64,000 nucleotides of DNA from the human T2T-CHM13v2.0 reference genome, Homo sapiens. Numbering within the stretch: the stretch's first letter is position 1; every line of letters starts with the position of its first letter. The translations under genes were made by a program, and so were the position numbers. The stretch is from the NCBI RefSeq assembly GCF_009914755.1, contig NC_060932.1, one strand, 5' to 3'. Shown in pieces: positions 25,797-46,009 of the stretch. The notes beneath the pieces were generated by a model. The model was not told where the DNA came from. It saw nothing but the letters and a program-made list of their open reading frames with translations, and searched no databases.

Positions 25797-26107
25797 AGGT
25801 TGAGCACGGTGGCTCATGCATATAATCCTAGCACTTTGGGAGGCTGAGGCAGATGGATCACCTGAGGTCAGGAGTTCAGCAACATGGTGAAACCCTGTCG
25901 CTACTAAAAATACAAAAATTAGCCAGGTATGGTGTTGTGCACCTGTAGTCTCAGTTCCTTAGGAGGCTGAGGCAAGAGAATCACTTGAACCCAGGAGGTG
26001 GAGGTTGGAGTGAGCTGAGATTGCACCACTGCACTCCAGCCTGGGCAACACAGTGAGACTCCACTTCAAAAAATAAAATTAATTAATTAATTAATTAATT
26101 AAAATTA
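25797..26107 (+). mobile_element. AluS with (TTAA)n tail
   Basis: TSD agaagctatag. Confidence 0.88.
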
Positions 26108-26589
26108 GGAGAAGCTATAGAAGTTGTGGCATTAGGTGTGTAGCCAAACTCCTTCCAGGAAGAATTGATAGGCCTGAATTTATCACTAGGGTGGGCCAGA
26201 AGGAAGGCTTAGGAAGTGCCAAGATCTGGCTCTGGCTGATAAGGGCTATTGTTTGTCCTATTAGTTTCCTGATGCAAGTTCATTAGAAGCCTGGCCATCA
26301 AGTAGCCACTGGAGGTGTATAGCGTAAGCCCCTTCCAAAGAGAAAATGAGAGCTGCATATTTCCACCTCTCTTCTGCACTACTCCAACAGGGTGCAGCCC
26401 CTGGAAGTGTTTGCACACCTGTTTAAAACCCCCTCTTTGTTCCATGATCTAGGGAGACTCATATATGCCTAATCCCTTCTGCTCCCAGAGCTAAGAGGCT
26501 CAGGATGGAGTCCTCTGGGAGGTAGCTGTAATAGTTTGGATACTTGATGCACGGCATAAACCCCTGCCTGGGAGAAACAAAGAGCGGCT

Positions 26590-26902
26590 TTTGTTTTGTT
26601 TTGTTTTTTTGAGATGGAGTCCCGCTCTGTCATCCAGGCTGGAGTGCAACAGCGCCATCTTGGCTCACTTCAACCTCCAATTCCCAGGTTCAAACAATTC
26701 TCTTGCCTCAGGCTCCAGAGTAGCTGGGATTACAGGGGACTGCCACCACGCCTGGCTAATTTTTTTTTTTTTTTGTATTTTTAGTAGAGACCTGGTTTTA
26801 CCATGTTGGCCAGGCTTGTCCCGAACTCCTGACCTCAGGTGATAAGCCTGTCTCAGCCTCCCAAAGTGCTGGGATTATAGGTGTGAGCCACCGTGCTTGG
26901 CC
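26590..26902 (-). mobile_element. AluS
   Basis: Reverse-complement dimer. Confidence 0.9.
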
Positions 26903-27827
26903 AGAAGCTGCATTTTAAAGCCCCTTTTCTGCACTGCTCCTGGGGGATAAAGCCCCTGGAAGTTCTTACACGCCTGTATAAAACTGTCACTTTTTTTTGT
27001 GATCTAAAGAGACATGTGTATGCCAGTCCCCTCTGCCCCCAGAACTGGAAAGTTTAGGATGACGTTTTTTGGGTGGAAGCTATAAAAGTTGGGATGCTCG
27101 ATGTGTGGACCAACTCCTTCCAAGAGGGATTAATAGACATGTAGTTATTTCTGGGTAAGCTGGGTGAGAAAGCTCAGAAAGTACCAACCTGCTTCTCAGC
27201 TAGGCAGGGATGCTTTAATACTTGTGTATCCCTTTAACTCCCTGATGCAAGTTAGTTGGAAGCCAGACTGCCAAGTAGCCACTGAGAGAGTGTGTTATGA
27301 ACCCCATCCAGGGAGAGACAAAGGTTGTATTTTAAAGTCCCTTTTCTGCATTTCTCCCAGGGTAGGAAGTCCTTGGAAGTTCTTGAGAAACCATGTAAAA
27401 CTGCTGCTTTTTCCCTGCAGTCTAGAGAAACTCGCACACATCTAATCCCCTTTGCTCCCAGAATTGATGAATTAAGAATCAAACCATGGGGAACCTCAGA
27501 GTTAGGGTGCTGTATGTGAGGTGCAAACCCTCTTCTCCACAGGGAAAAGCTGGGTATTCCCTTCCCAATTTGATGGCACAGTGCCTGTGGTGGGGCCCAT
27601 CCACAAGTGTGCCTCAGCTCTTCCTACCTGTACGATGCAGATACTTTCTCAGTTGCCCGGTGGGTAGGAGTCTCTCAACTGGTCTCCGACTTTCTCCCAG
27701 AAGGAGTTAACCCATGAATACATGTTTATTTGGTGTGTCTGTGGATGGAATCAGGAGCTTCCTATTCTGCCATGTTGCTGATGTCACCCAGAATGTTTTT
27801 TTTAACATCATGTATTATCTTTCCAAC

Positions 27828-28598
<771 letters not shown>

Positions 28599-29197
28599 TA
28601 AACTTTTTAATAAAAAAGAAGAATATTCTATATAAAGAGCTTGATAAAATTAACTAACATAATTATTGCTATAAACTTTAGTGTCCAAAGGAGAAATTTA
28701 ATCCAACATTTACAAGTGGCCTTCATAATATTATTATTTTTCTTTTGTATCAGATATCAACAATCCATTGGTCTGGTTTTAACATATATGCTGTCAATGT
28801 AGCCCTACGTAGGAAAATTGCAGTATGCCAAAAAAGAAAATAAAACCAATTTATCCAGTGACAGCAAGGCCTGAACAAAATTATGAGTAAGGTTGGGAGT
28901 TTGTTAATAATTGATTTGGTCAAATGCAGAGTGAGTTGTCACAAGAAGATGAAGAGTGGCCAAGGCAGGCCTCTATATTGCATTTTAAATGGAATATAGG
29001 AGGTGAATTCAGGTACTGCATGCTCCCTGGAGGCTGCTAAGCCCAGTACTCTTACAATGCATGCTGTATCACAGTGGCACAGCTGTTGCCCTGGCAAACA
29101 CTAATTCTTTTTTGCCTCTCTCCTATAAGCACAGAAGACAACTTTCAAGAAAAGAAGTGAAGCTAGTGCATAACGTTGACAAAAGCAGAAACAGTGC

Positions 29198-29835
29198 CTG
29201 CTATGGACTGAATCGCCCCCGCTAATTCATACGTTGAAACTCTAACCCCAAATGCCACTGTATTTGGAGATAAGGCCTTCAAGGAGACAAAGAAGGTTAA
29301 ATAAGATCATAAGAGTGGGACCCTAATCTGATAGGACTGGTGTCCTTATAAGAAGGGGAAAATACCAGGCACAGTGGCTCACACCTGTAATCCCAGCACT
29401 TTGGGAGGCTGAGGCTGGAGGATTGCTTGAGTCCAGGAGTTCAAGACCAGCATAAGTAACACAGTGATATCTTATCTCTACAAAAAACAAAACAATTAGC
29501 TGGGTGTGGTGGCATGCTCCTGTAGTCCCCACCACTCAGGAGGCTGAGGCAGCAGGATCGCTTGAGCCCAGGAATTTGAGGCTGCAGTGAGCCACGATCA
29601 TGCCACTGCACCCTACACACCAGAGCTCTCTCCTCGCAAACACAGAGAAAAGGGCACGTGAGGACACAGGAAGAAGGTGGTCATCTGGGAGCCAGAAAGA
29701 GGCCTCAGTGGAAACCAACCCTGCAGGCACCTTGATCCTGGGCTTCCAGACTCCAGAATTGTGAGAAATTAAATTTCTGTTGTCGAAGCTACCCAGTCTG
29801 TGATATTTTGTTACGGCAGCCCTAGCAGGCTAATC
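29198..29835 (+). mobile_element. MLT1A/B LTR with a tail-less Alu inside (~29365-29612)
   Basis: 'tgctatggactgaat...gtatttggagataaggcc...ctccagaattgtgagaaattaaatttctgttg'. Confidence 0.8.
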
Positions 29836-30083
29836 GGTGCTCTTGCACTTTTCTTAAGACCCTTCTTTCATTCAGCCAAGATCTCCTGCTATCTTCTTTC
29901 AAGGAATTCTGCTCAACTTTCCAGTCTCATCTCTATCTTTCAAACTCAGTCCTGCTCTCTCTCAATCATTTCTGGTCATTCTGTATCTCTAGCTTTAATT
30001 AAAATAGAATCTTACGCTCTTTAGGTAAGAAAATGAGGAAAATGTAGTACAATGTGATTTTGTTCTTTGAAAAAGACTGATTA

Positions 30084-30430
<347 letters not shown>

Positions 30431-30668
30431 CCCAGCTTATAACACTGGTTTAAAACCAAATTGCCAAAATGCCTTAGTTTCTGTATACATTTGCATTGTT
30501 TTCCTTGTATAAGTTGATAGAAAAAAGATACAAATGAATGTCACTAGTAATGATACCCAAAATGCTACTGTGTGTCATGTAATTAGTTTTAAATCAAAAC
30601 TTGCTGTAAGACTTTTGGCAGGGCACTTAGCCTCTGGGTTTGTTTCCTTGTCTATAAAAAGAAGATAT

Positions 30669-31530
<862 letters not shown>

Positions 31531-32819
31531 GTATGCCCCACTATTGTTTGTATTTTTCCTTGACGTATGTGGTTCAGAGAATAAGTTGAAAACCACTGGA
31601 TAAGATGATCTTGAAGATTCCTTCAAGTTCTAACCTCCTCTCACTCCTGGGTCATAACTCACAGTCGGAGCTGCATGGCACGCTGGAACATTTCAACTAG
31701 TGGGATCCATGAACCAGGGGCTAAGAGCGCAGTGCCGTGGAGGACCCAGCAGGTGCATTAACTCCCCCTGGGGAAAAGGTGTGCAGACACAGCAGCAAGT
31801 CCATGGGGATGTGGCAACTCCAGGTGAATCTACGCTCGCAGTACACCCTAAGGGGAAAATTTGATTCTGAGAGCAATGGGCGTGGCATCATGGCAGGATG
31901 TCTGGGCAGCAGTGACTCCTCTTAGCTCAGGTAGGCTTCCAGGATTGTAAGTCAAGGAGGACTGTCAAATAGAGCCACTGCACTGTCAAATAGAGCCATT
32001 GCAAAGAATACAAAGAGTCCTAAAGGGAAGAGGGTGGAATAGACTTGGTGAAGGGAATTTGGATTGTAGTCTACCAAGCTGGAAACAGGACCAAGCTTCG
32101 TTTCCAGTGGGGAAGATGCATGGAGACAGAGAACCTCGGTAGACCAATCAGATAGACTGGCTATCCAGGGAGCAGTCAGTGTGTGAGTGTGTCTGCTGTC
32201 TGTTTGCTGGGGGCAAGGGACATGGGCAGGCTGCTGCTCAGTGCTCACATAGACATCCAGGGCTCTCTTCACCTCTGGTTTATCCTTTCCAAAGTCCACT
32301 CATGAGTGGGAAGAGCATCCCATTTCTTGCCAGGCTGCGTTTTCATGGGTTTCAGAAATGGGCAAGGCTGAGCCAGCAGAGGACCTGAGTAAGCAATGAC
32401 TGCCACTTGGCAAGTGGAAGAGGGAATGGACTTCTCTGCAACCATTTCAGAGACTGGAATGAGGACTAAATGGCAGTCATAGGAGGCCGATTTGGCTCTC
32501 TATGGAGAATAGGGTTCTGCTAATCAGAGGTTTCCCAAAATGAATACTTCATTACTTCAGTATTGAATTAGTTGTTTGAAGATCTATGAGGGATGCTATT
32601 GAAGGAATTACTATGTTGAGTGGGAAACTGAACTAGAAAAAAAGTCAGAGAAAGTCAGGTCAACTGTGTTTTTCTTTTTATCCTATTCTGGCTCCTTTTA
32701 ATGAATCAAACTAACCCACATAGGATGTTCCAGGAGTGGGTAAAAACCAACTTCAGAAAATTGGCTTCTACTACAAATGTAAGTCACTCAGATTACTTCC
32801 TGTTTTTTGTTGTTGTCAT

Positions 32820-33478
32820 TGTTGAGACAGAGTGCAGTGACGAGAACACAGCTCACTGTAGCCTCAAGCTCCCAGGCTTAGGTGATCATCTCACCTCAGC
32901 CTCCTGAGTAGCTGAGATTATAGATGCATGCCGCTAAGCCCAGCTAATTTTTCTATTTTTTGTAGAGGGAGGGATTTGCCATGTTGCCCAGGCTGGTCTT
33001 GAACTCAAGTGATCCTCCAGCCTTGGCCTCCCGAAATGCTGGGATTATAGGCATGAGTCATCATGCCTGGCTCAGATTACTTCCTTTTGCTTGGCCAATT
33101 TTGATGGGGTGTTCCTTAAGCTCCCCTTCATTGGTGTCTGCCTTCTCCTTTGCTCAGTTACTTGAATTCTGATTTTTGCCACAAGTATCATTGATGTGAC
33201 ATCCCACTTTAGATGTAAAACGCAGCCCAAACTGAAAATTTCCCTGGACACAATTCTGATGTCTACTTCCTATACCTCATATTATTATGAAATGGAACTC
33301 TGCCTTTGCCCCTTGGGACAGACTAGATTGGCTTGTTCTCTTTTTCTTTTCTTTTTTTTAGAGATGGGGGTCTCACTATGTTGCCCAGGCTGGTCTGCAA
33401 CTCCTAGTCTTAAGCAATCCTCCCACCTCAGCCTCCCAAGCAGCTGGGACTACAGGTACACATCACTGTGCCTGGTTT
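32820..33478 (-). mobile_element. Antisense AluJ (32820-33072) and FLAM (33345-33478)
   Basis: Reverse-complement Alu motifs. Confidence 0.8.
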
Positions 33479-33889
33479 AGATGGGCCTGTTTTCAATTCA
33501 GCCTTAGAATTATTTGCCAAGAGAGGGGACTTGGACAGAGTTCTCCACTGTCATGTCCTTCTTTTGTACAGATTTTAAATGAGGCAGCAAGTGACCTTAG
33601 CTAACTGTACTTCCAAAGCTACACTTTTCAAGAAGAGAGCATTTGAGGACAAAAAATTAAATTAAAGGAATGGAGAGAGGAAAATGAGATGAGGCTATTT
33701 TTGAGCAGTGGCTGAAGATATACTTGAGAAGGAGGTGACTGTTATAGGTTTGAGCTCCTAGCAGCACATCCTGTGTCAGGGATTCATGTGTAAGTGATTT
33801 ATTAAAGAAATGCTTCCAGGAGAAACTGGCAAGGGAGTGGTGGATAAAGGACAGGGAAAGGAAAGCTGAGAAAAGGCAAGAATTCAGGT

Positions 33890-34442
33890 ACTATGTTAAT
33901 TTCTTATTGCTGTGTACCACAAACTTAGTGGTTGACATAATGGTGTATTATGTCACAGTTTCTGAAGGTCAGAAGTCCAGGCACAGTTAACTGAGTTCTC
34001 CACATGGGGTCTCACAAGGCTGTAATGAAGGTGTCATCTGGGGCTGTGGTCCCATATGAGGCTTGAGGTCCTCTTCTAACCTCACATGACTGTTGGCAGA
34101 ATTCATTTCCTTGCAGCTGTAGGACTCACAGTGACTTGTTTCTTCAAGGCAGGCAAAAGAGTATCTCTTTACTCTCAGGAAAGGCCTGAGCCTTCTTTGA
34201 AAGACTCATTTGAGTAGGTCAGGCCTGCTCCAGATGGTTTCCTTTTTTATGAACTCAAAGTCAACTGATTAGGGACCTTAATTACATCTGCAAAATCTTT
34301 TCCCTCTTTCCATGTACTGCAACATAATCACAGGAGTGATATTTCATCCTATTCACAGGTCCTGCACACACTCAAGGGAAGGGGATCATACAAGGGTGTG
34401 GGTCATTCATTGGCTGCCATCTTAGAATTCTGCCTACCACAG
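33890..34442 (-). mobile_element. MLT1 (MaLR) LTR
   Basis: 'ttattgctgtgtaccacaaacttagtgg...gaaggtcagaagtcc...cttagaattctgcctaccaca'. Confidence 0.8.
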
Positions 34443-34713
34443 ATATATTACTAGCCTCAGCATGATCCCATATGGAGCTCTAAGAATTTGTGGAAACTTG
34501 AGGCAAGGTTGACTTTCACGTTCTTTCACCAGTCTGTCACTGGTTAAGGGCTTCTCCTGGGATGTAAACTCTCAGGCACATTGGGCTTTCCAATGGGCAG
34601 TGGCTCCCGTAGCTCTCAGGCAGTCGTACTAAGAAAGTTGCAGGCACAAGCCATTAAGAACAAAATAATACAGAAAATGAGAGAGGAGCACACAGAATTA
34701 AGGAATCATAGGG

Positions 34714-35092
<379 letters not shown>

Positions 35093-35579
35093 CTAATGGA
35101 CCTACTTGAGTTTCACTTAAGTTCATTCCATCCTGTTAGAAGTGCTTCATGGTGGTGGTTGGTCATCACATTTCTGCGAGGGGTGGGAAACTTACCACAG
35201 GGATGTTGGGATCATCTGAAGCTCTCAATGCTGAAGTTGGTTTTAGGTCATAACTGTTATTCATCATCTCTCTTCTTCCACTCATTCTAGATTCTTTCAT
35301 ACGATGAGTATTTCTGCTGGTCTTGGTGGCTTATCTGATAAGGTGAACCAGAGGGTCTGAGCACATGATTACCAGAACTTTACCAGGCCATTTTTGCTGC
35401 AATTGCCCACTTAGAGTTAAGACTTGGCATAGGAGCACCAGGAATTGCCCCTAATGGGTCCTTTGAGTCCCAGAGATATTCCTCTTGCCTCTCTCTGTAG
35501 CAGCAGCTCTATCTTCTTATGATGAATAGGGTCGATTGCTAGATTATTAACTGCTAGGATAGTAATTACAAAAGGAACT

Positions 35580-35921
35580 CAGTCTCACTATGTTTTGCGT
35601 TGCTATAACAGAATACCTGAGACTGGGTAATTTATAATAAACAGAAATTTATTTTCTCACAGTTCTGGATGCTGGGAAGTCTAAGATCAAGGTACCAGCA
35701 TCTGACAAAAGCTTTCTTGTTGTGTCATCACATGACAGAAGGTCAAAGGGCAAAGAGGCAAAAAGGGGGCTGAACTTGTCCTTTTATAACAGATTAATCC
35801 CACCATGAGCATGGAACTCTCATGACCCAATCACCTCCCAAAGGTTCCACCTCCAACACCATCACAAGGGCAACCAAATTCAACAGAAGTTTTAGAGAGG
35901 ACAAACACTTAAACCATAGCA
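35580..35921 (-). mobile_element. MST/MLT1A LTR
   Basis: 'gttgctataacagaatacctgagactgggtaatttata...aaaccatagca'. Confidence 0.8.
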
Positions 35922-36254
35922 AACTTTATATGACCATGTGGCAGCCACAGCTTTAAGTTTATTAGGACTCTTATGGTGTCCTCTGGTGGAAACATTCCCA
36001 CTCTCAGCAACTAGGATATCTAGACTCACAGATTCTAAACTTGTAGAGACAAGAAAGATTCCCCAGGGGGTTCACTTAAAACTGATAGCAGTACTACTTC
36101 TATTTTCACTCTTTGGTTTCTGGGCCCCTCTGCTCTACCTATGGGGCATAATATCATACACTGGCCACTAGTTTAAGGTATATATCACCTCCTGAAAAAC
36201 AGAGCCCTGACCTTGCCAATCATCTCTTAGCTAGTGTCGTAGTTGCATCTTTTG

Positions 36255-36562
36255 TTTTTGTTTGTTTGTTTGTTTTTGAGACAGGGTCTTGCTCTGTCCC
36301 ATGCTGGAGTGAGGTAGTGCAATCACAGTTGACTGCAGCCTCAATCTCTCAGGCTCAAGTGATCTCCCACCTCAGCCTCCCTGGTAGCTGGGACTACAGG
36401 CCCGTGCATCACCATGCCTGGCTGTTTTTTTTCATTCTTTTGTAGAGATGGGGTCTTGCTATCTTGCCCAGGCTGGTCTTAAAATCCTGGGCTCAAGCAA
36501 TCCTCCTGCCTTGGCCTCCCAAAATGCTGGAATTACAGGTGTGAGCCACTGCACCCAGCCCC
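36255..36562 (-). mobile_element. AluJ
   Basis: TSD tagttgcatcttt. Confidence 0.9.
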
Positions 36563-37900
36563 ATAGTTGCATCTTTAAGAGCATTCCAGTGCTCCATCAA
36601 GCCAGCCATACTTGGATGATGTAGTCTGTGGTATGATCAATGGATCTTGTGGTCATGGGCCCATGCTGTGACTCTTTCACTGTTAGGTGGGTTCCTTGGT
36701 CTGTAGCTCTGTTATGTGGGATCCTGTGGTATTATGGGCAAGGAAGTCAGATCCAGAGAATTGTCAATCTTAGTCAAGAACAATCGCTGCCCTTTTCAGG
36801 GTAGAAGGAATCTGGGGTGATCTACTTGCCACAATGGGGCTGGCTAGTCTCCTTAAGGGAAAGTACCATATTATATTAAGAGATGTGTCAGTCTCTGCCA
36901 CTGAAAGACAAGACATTTAGCAGCAACAATAGCTAAATCAGCACTGAAGAGGGGAGTCTATCTTTGTTCAGGCACAGGTGGTCAGGAATACAGGCTGTCT
37001 AGGGAAGTCCTGAGTTGTTTAATGCCTCTTCTGCAACTGATCCACTCTGGTGGGCATACAAAGGTCCTCACACTTTGAGCCTACTCCAATAGACCTCGAA
37101 GCTTTCATGTTCCCAGTCTTGCTTCTTCCAACCCTCTCACCAACCAAGTGAATTATTCACCAGAGTTTCTGAGCAGTGGCGAGCCAGGGGGATGGTGATG
37201 GAAGTGGTTCACTCTTGTGCAGGGAAGAAAGGTGTGTATTGTCTGCAGAGAATTTACAAATAATAAAAATGCCTACAAGTCAGCCAGTGTGGTATTATTA
37301 CTGTGCAGTGGCAATTCTAAACAATGTCAATATGAAACTATTCCTCCATGCTGGAGTAGACTCTTCCTACTGCCCTTTTCTGCAACTTGGTTTCTCTCTG
37401 CCCAAGAGTCTTTGATATCCTTTTTCCAGAACACTTAATCTCCCTCCACACAAAGTGCATAATAGGATGAACTGCATGAAGCTCAGCCCACTGGGAGGAT
37501 TTTCCTTCATCACTGTCTTTCAGAACCACTCCTGCATGAAACTATAGTGCAACCCAGTCCATTTGTGGTTCACACCAATGAGCTGGCCCATCCACGAATG
37601 ATTCCAGTCTTGCCAACCAATATGGTAACTAAGTTCATCCTGTCTCTGGTGGTTAAGAGCTACCAGTTGGCATCTATTTTTCCAAAATCTTATCATCCCT
37701 ATTAGGGAGAAGAGTTTCATAATGCACCTGAAACTGTCAGCTCTAGGCAATGGAGGGACCCACAACTGAGTGTCTTAAGAGTGCGGTGCCCCTCTCATTA
37801 GCACATTCCTTATTATGTAAGTGACAGGAAGGTGCTCGGGGCCCTTGCAAGGAACAAAGAGAGATGGTGGGTCCACGAGTCTTAAATAAACTCATTCTGA

Positions 37901-38245
<345 letters not shown>

Positions 38246-38971
38246 TCCAAGCTTTTTAAATTCCACTCTTATCACTTTGCTAAGAGATTGGACATGAATC
38301 CCAAGTCACAGGATAATGCCCTCATATTAAAAATCTCCTTTATCCAGCTTAGCAGACTGCCCCCAACTTGTTCGAGCACCCTCAAGACCCACTCCTGGAC
38401 ATATCTGCCAAGCCTTGAGACTCTTTTGGGGCCCACTCCCTTTCTTTTCCTGGCAGGGCCAGCACTTCCCCAAACAGGCCAGAGTGAGACTTATGCTGCA
38501 TTATTGGTCTAGTGGCCAGGAGGGGAGGGGGCTGCTGAACTTGAGGAGGGTAAGTATTGTCTTGAGGAGCACAAGTCATCTGCCACATTTGAGGCCTCTA
38601 CATAGTCTCCAGACAAGCGGTGGGAAGGGTGGGCGTGGGTGGGCCTCTCTATCCTCTAGCAAGGGGAAGTGGTCCCTTCTGCAGACCCAGACGGTTCAAG
38701 GATCTCAAGTGCATTCACCTGGATGTTGTCATCCCAAATCTCAAGTTCACACTCCTTCCCTGACAAGGCCTTGCCTCTGGCTTAGGAGACTTGATGAGGC
38801 TGCAAATTCAGCCTTCTCTGAAGTTCTGTTGCTCCTACAGTTCAGGGTCTGGTCTTCAGCACACTGTGTCTTCTGGTTTCTGGAAATGAATGTGTCTTTA
38901 TGTGGTGTTTCAGAGCCCTTCTGACTTTCACACCTGAGCCTATCATTTTCTCTTCAATGCCTCAGCAATGC

Positions 38972-39355
38972 TGTATTTGTCCATTCTCACATTGCTAAAA
39001 AAGACATACCTGAGACTGGGTAATTTATAAAGGAAAGAGATTTAATTGACTCACAGTTCAATGTGGCTAGGTAGGTCTCAGGAAACCTACAACCATGGTG
39101 GAAGGGGAAGCAAACACGTCCTTCTTCACATGGTGGCAGAAGAGAGAAGTGTCAGCAGGGGGAAATGCCAGAAGCTTATAAAACCATCAGATCTTGTGAG
39201 ACTCGCTCATTATCATGAGAACAGCATGGGTTGGGGGGACCTGCCCCCATGATATAATCACCTCCCACAGGTCCCTTCCCCAACATGTAGGAATTACAAT
39301 TCGGATTACAATTCAAGATGAGATTTGGGTGGGGACACAAAACCAGATCATATCA
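38972..39355 (-). mobile_element. THE1/MSTA solo LTR
   Basis: 'tgtatttgtccattctcac...gagatttgggtggggacaca...catatca'; 5-bp TSD aatgc/gatgc. Confidence 0.88.
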
Positions 39356-40328
39356 GATGCCCAGAAACAGTCAACTAATTTCATAGTTCTTTCAGTTACC
39401 ATTTCCCTCCTACTTCTCAAACAGAGACATTATAGACACCAGTGCCTCTTGTCCTTCTGTGTCACATCCCATTTTGCCACAGTGAAAGTGTTTGCAGTTC
39501 TACAATGTGGCAGGGGTTATCAACCCTCCACTTAGCCCACCAGGGAGGAAGTCCCAGTTGCCATATGGCAGGCAAGTGGCCCAGCTCCAGAAGCCCATGC
39601 CAGAATCGGCTTCCTAGGGCCCCTGTTAGAATCAACTGCCTTAGGCTCAGTTCCCCAAAAGCAGACACTGAGACAAGGATTTGTGAGTAAATGATTTAAT
39701 TATGAGGTGCTCCCGGAGAAACCCATAAGAAAATGGGGAAGCAGGACATGCAAGTGGAAGAAATGAAGCAAGTGTGCAATCAGGGGCAAAGTCTCAGCAT
39801 CAGCATGTCCCTGTTGGAACCACTGGAGTGAAAATTACCTTTGAAGTTCAGCCATCTCAAGACTAGGAACATGGGCTTACACACACACACACACACACAC
39901 ACCCATACCACACTAGTCATTGGCTATAGGCCCCTCCAGGGAGTGTTAACCTCCCAGGCACAACTGCCTCTCTGTAAATGTGGACAAATCAGCTCTTGCA
40001 GTCCTTGGGCAGTGCTCTAAAGAGAGTCACTGGAGTGTGCTGTCAAAAGCAAAAGGGCACAGAAGCTGGGGGGAGTGTCCTTAGAAATGGTAAAAAGAAT
40101 CCAAAGAGATCTGAGAGGAGAACCCCAAAATTTCCACTACCATGACCAAAGAGGGTGGTTATCATAGCGGTGAATCTTTCAGCTCTTCCAAGAGACTTCC
40201 CTAATTAATTGAGCAGTTGGTCCTCTGGATGAGGGAGGAGAATAAATGAGAGACACATGGACAACAGCAGGGTCAAGACAGTATGTCTTTGCATCACACC
40301 TTTGGAATTGGAGGTGATAAGGAGTCTT

Positions 40329-40330
<2 letters not shown>

Positions 40331-40371
<41 letters not shown>
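40331..40371. repeat. (TG)n microsatellite
   Basis: Direct reading. Confidence 0.95.
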
Positions 40372-40372
<1 letters not shown>

Positions 40373-40987
40373 ACTTTGTGATTCCTCAGTGCTGGAAGCC
40401 TTCTTCTGGGCCCATGCTTGTATTCCCTGGTATTTATTGCCATCATGATTAATGTGTCCACCTTTTAATATCAGTGGTATAAAGGAAGGGGTAGCAATTC
40501 TGTCCTTTGCTTCACAGTGGATGAATTGCCACATCATGCTTATTTAAAGAAACACAAAGCAAATATTAATAGAACAGTGGATACAGATCTGAGAATTTAT
40601 GAGCACCCATCTAGTTTAAGGCCTGATTTATAGACGCCCCAGATGACCACACGTATAACAAAAGTTTTGTAAAATCCAACAAAACCAAAGGTCAACTCTT
40701 AGAAATTATCCAGAATAAGAATTAACTTTTGCAATAAGACACAGTTGGATAAGTGACCTTCACTTACTCGGCAAATGTATGCTGCACACCTATGATCTGC
40801 CAGGCATTTCATTAGGGAGAGACATATCATAGTGAATAGTACATGGTCCTTTTCCTGGAGCTTATGAATTAATAACACCTACACTATATTTTTGTATGCA
40901 TGCAAAAATAGAGGTATATACAGGTTCAGAAAAGGTACAGAGTAAGCTGCTTAGAGGATGCCTTGCTGCAGCCTCGGGAATACTTCA

Positions 40988-42041
<1,054 letters not shown>

Positions 42042-42818
42042 TTATGTTGCCTCTGCTCTGACTGCCTCCCAAGGCTTATGACAAAGAAGACAACTTAACC
42101 ATAGTAGCTGATAAATTATTGCTAACCCTTGAAGGAGCTATTACCATCACCACCAACAAATATTTGCTCCCCCATGATAGATGCTATGGTGGAATAGGAT
42201 CTTAAAGTCTACCTCCTTTACAAAGGCTTTCCCGGTCTCTCCAGCTAAATTTTCTTTCTTGCACATTCTAACTCTTCCATGGCATTTATTACATTATATA
42301 TTATAGTACAATTTGTGCTATCTCTTTAACTCAAGTGGCAGAGTTTGGGATATAGAGACATGTATCATGTATCCTTGTCTCTCTAACAGTAGCTGGTAGT
42401 ATAGTTTACATAGGCGGTTTTTACTAAATGTTTATGGATGAGCGAATGAATGAATGAAATGCCAAGACCTTACAGTAGAGTTGGAGAGACAAATTATGTA
42501 CTCGTAAAAAGTAATTATAGTATTACAGGTCCAGGTCATCAACTATGTCCAGGAAGATAGTTAGAATAATTAGGAAATGCTTTGTAGTTATACCATCAAG
42601 GATGGGGAGAATTAAAGAAAATGAAGAAAGACATTTCAAAATAATGAATGAATGAATGAATGAATGAATGAATGGAGGAATTACTATATGCAAGGCCCTG
42701 TGTGAGTGCCTGAAGATATACAAGTGAATGACTATATTTCTGCCCTCACGAAAGGTATATACAAAAGAAATACACAAGTAATTATGCAATGAAAACTCTT
42801 GTAATACTACCCTGACAT

Positions 42819-43915
<1,097 letters not shown>

Positions 43916-44079
43916 TTAGGAGTTTCAGAAACAGAACAAAAAAAAAAAAAAAAGGAAAAGTTTCAAAGGAACAATACAAAAATATTCTGAACTACTGAGT
44001 TTCAAGATTGAAACCATCCCCTAAGTTTCTAGGATAATGAATGAGGAAATACCTACTCAAAGTGTAGCACCAGGATGTT

Positions 44080-45560
<1,481 letters not shown>

Positions 45561-46009
45561 CCTCACACTGGAACAAAGATAAAACCCTAAAATTTTTAGA
45601 AAGGATCAAGAAGCAGAAATGTGTCAGACTTAGAAGCGTAACACTGGAAGCAAGAAAGCAGAGGAGAAATGTCTTGAAATCTTCAGGGAAAAATACTTTT
45701 AACCTAAAATTCTTTACATAGGTAAACTACCAGAAAAGTGGAATAGGGCTGTAGAGTGGATTGGAAACTGCTGTTTTAAGTTTTGGAAAACTGCAGTGCT
45801 ACTTGACTTTAAAAAAAAGTTATACAGTCTTATTTTTATTAGATTAAAATAAAAATTAAATATTAAAATGCCAAAGTGGCTGGAGAAGAGTGACTAAGGA
45901 TGAGGGACACCTGAGATAAAGCTGGGATATTAGGGGGCAGTAGGGAAGAACATGTGTGGCATTGAAGAAATGAAACACACCTACACACAAGGTATATTCA
46001 GGCCACAAT

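Larger units (their letters stand above)
22860..27790 (-). mobile_element. Long old antisense L1M (ORF1/5' region) with several Alu insertions
   Basis: 'actccctttagcatttcttgtaag', 'ttgccaggtatagtattattggttgac', 'gggaagttttctatcattgtttcttc' typical of antisense L1M ORF1 region; repetitive 5' region ~25400-27790. Confidence 0.75.

Noticed and set aside
38415-38924. 169-aa plus-strand ORF
   Set aside because: Antisense to a decayed ERVL internal region; non-ATG start; no recognisable domain.
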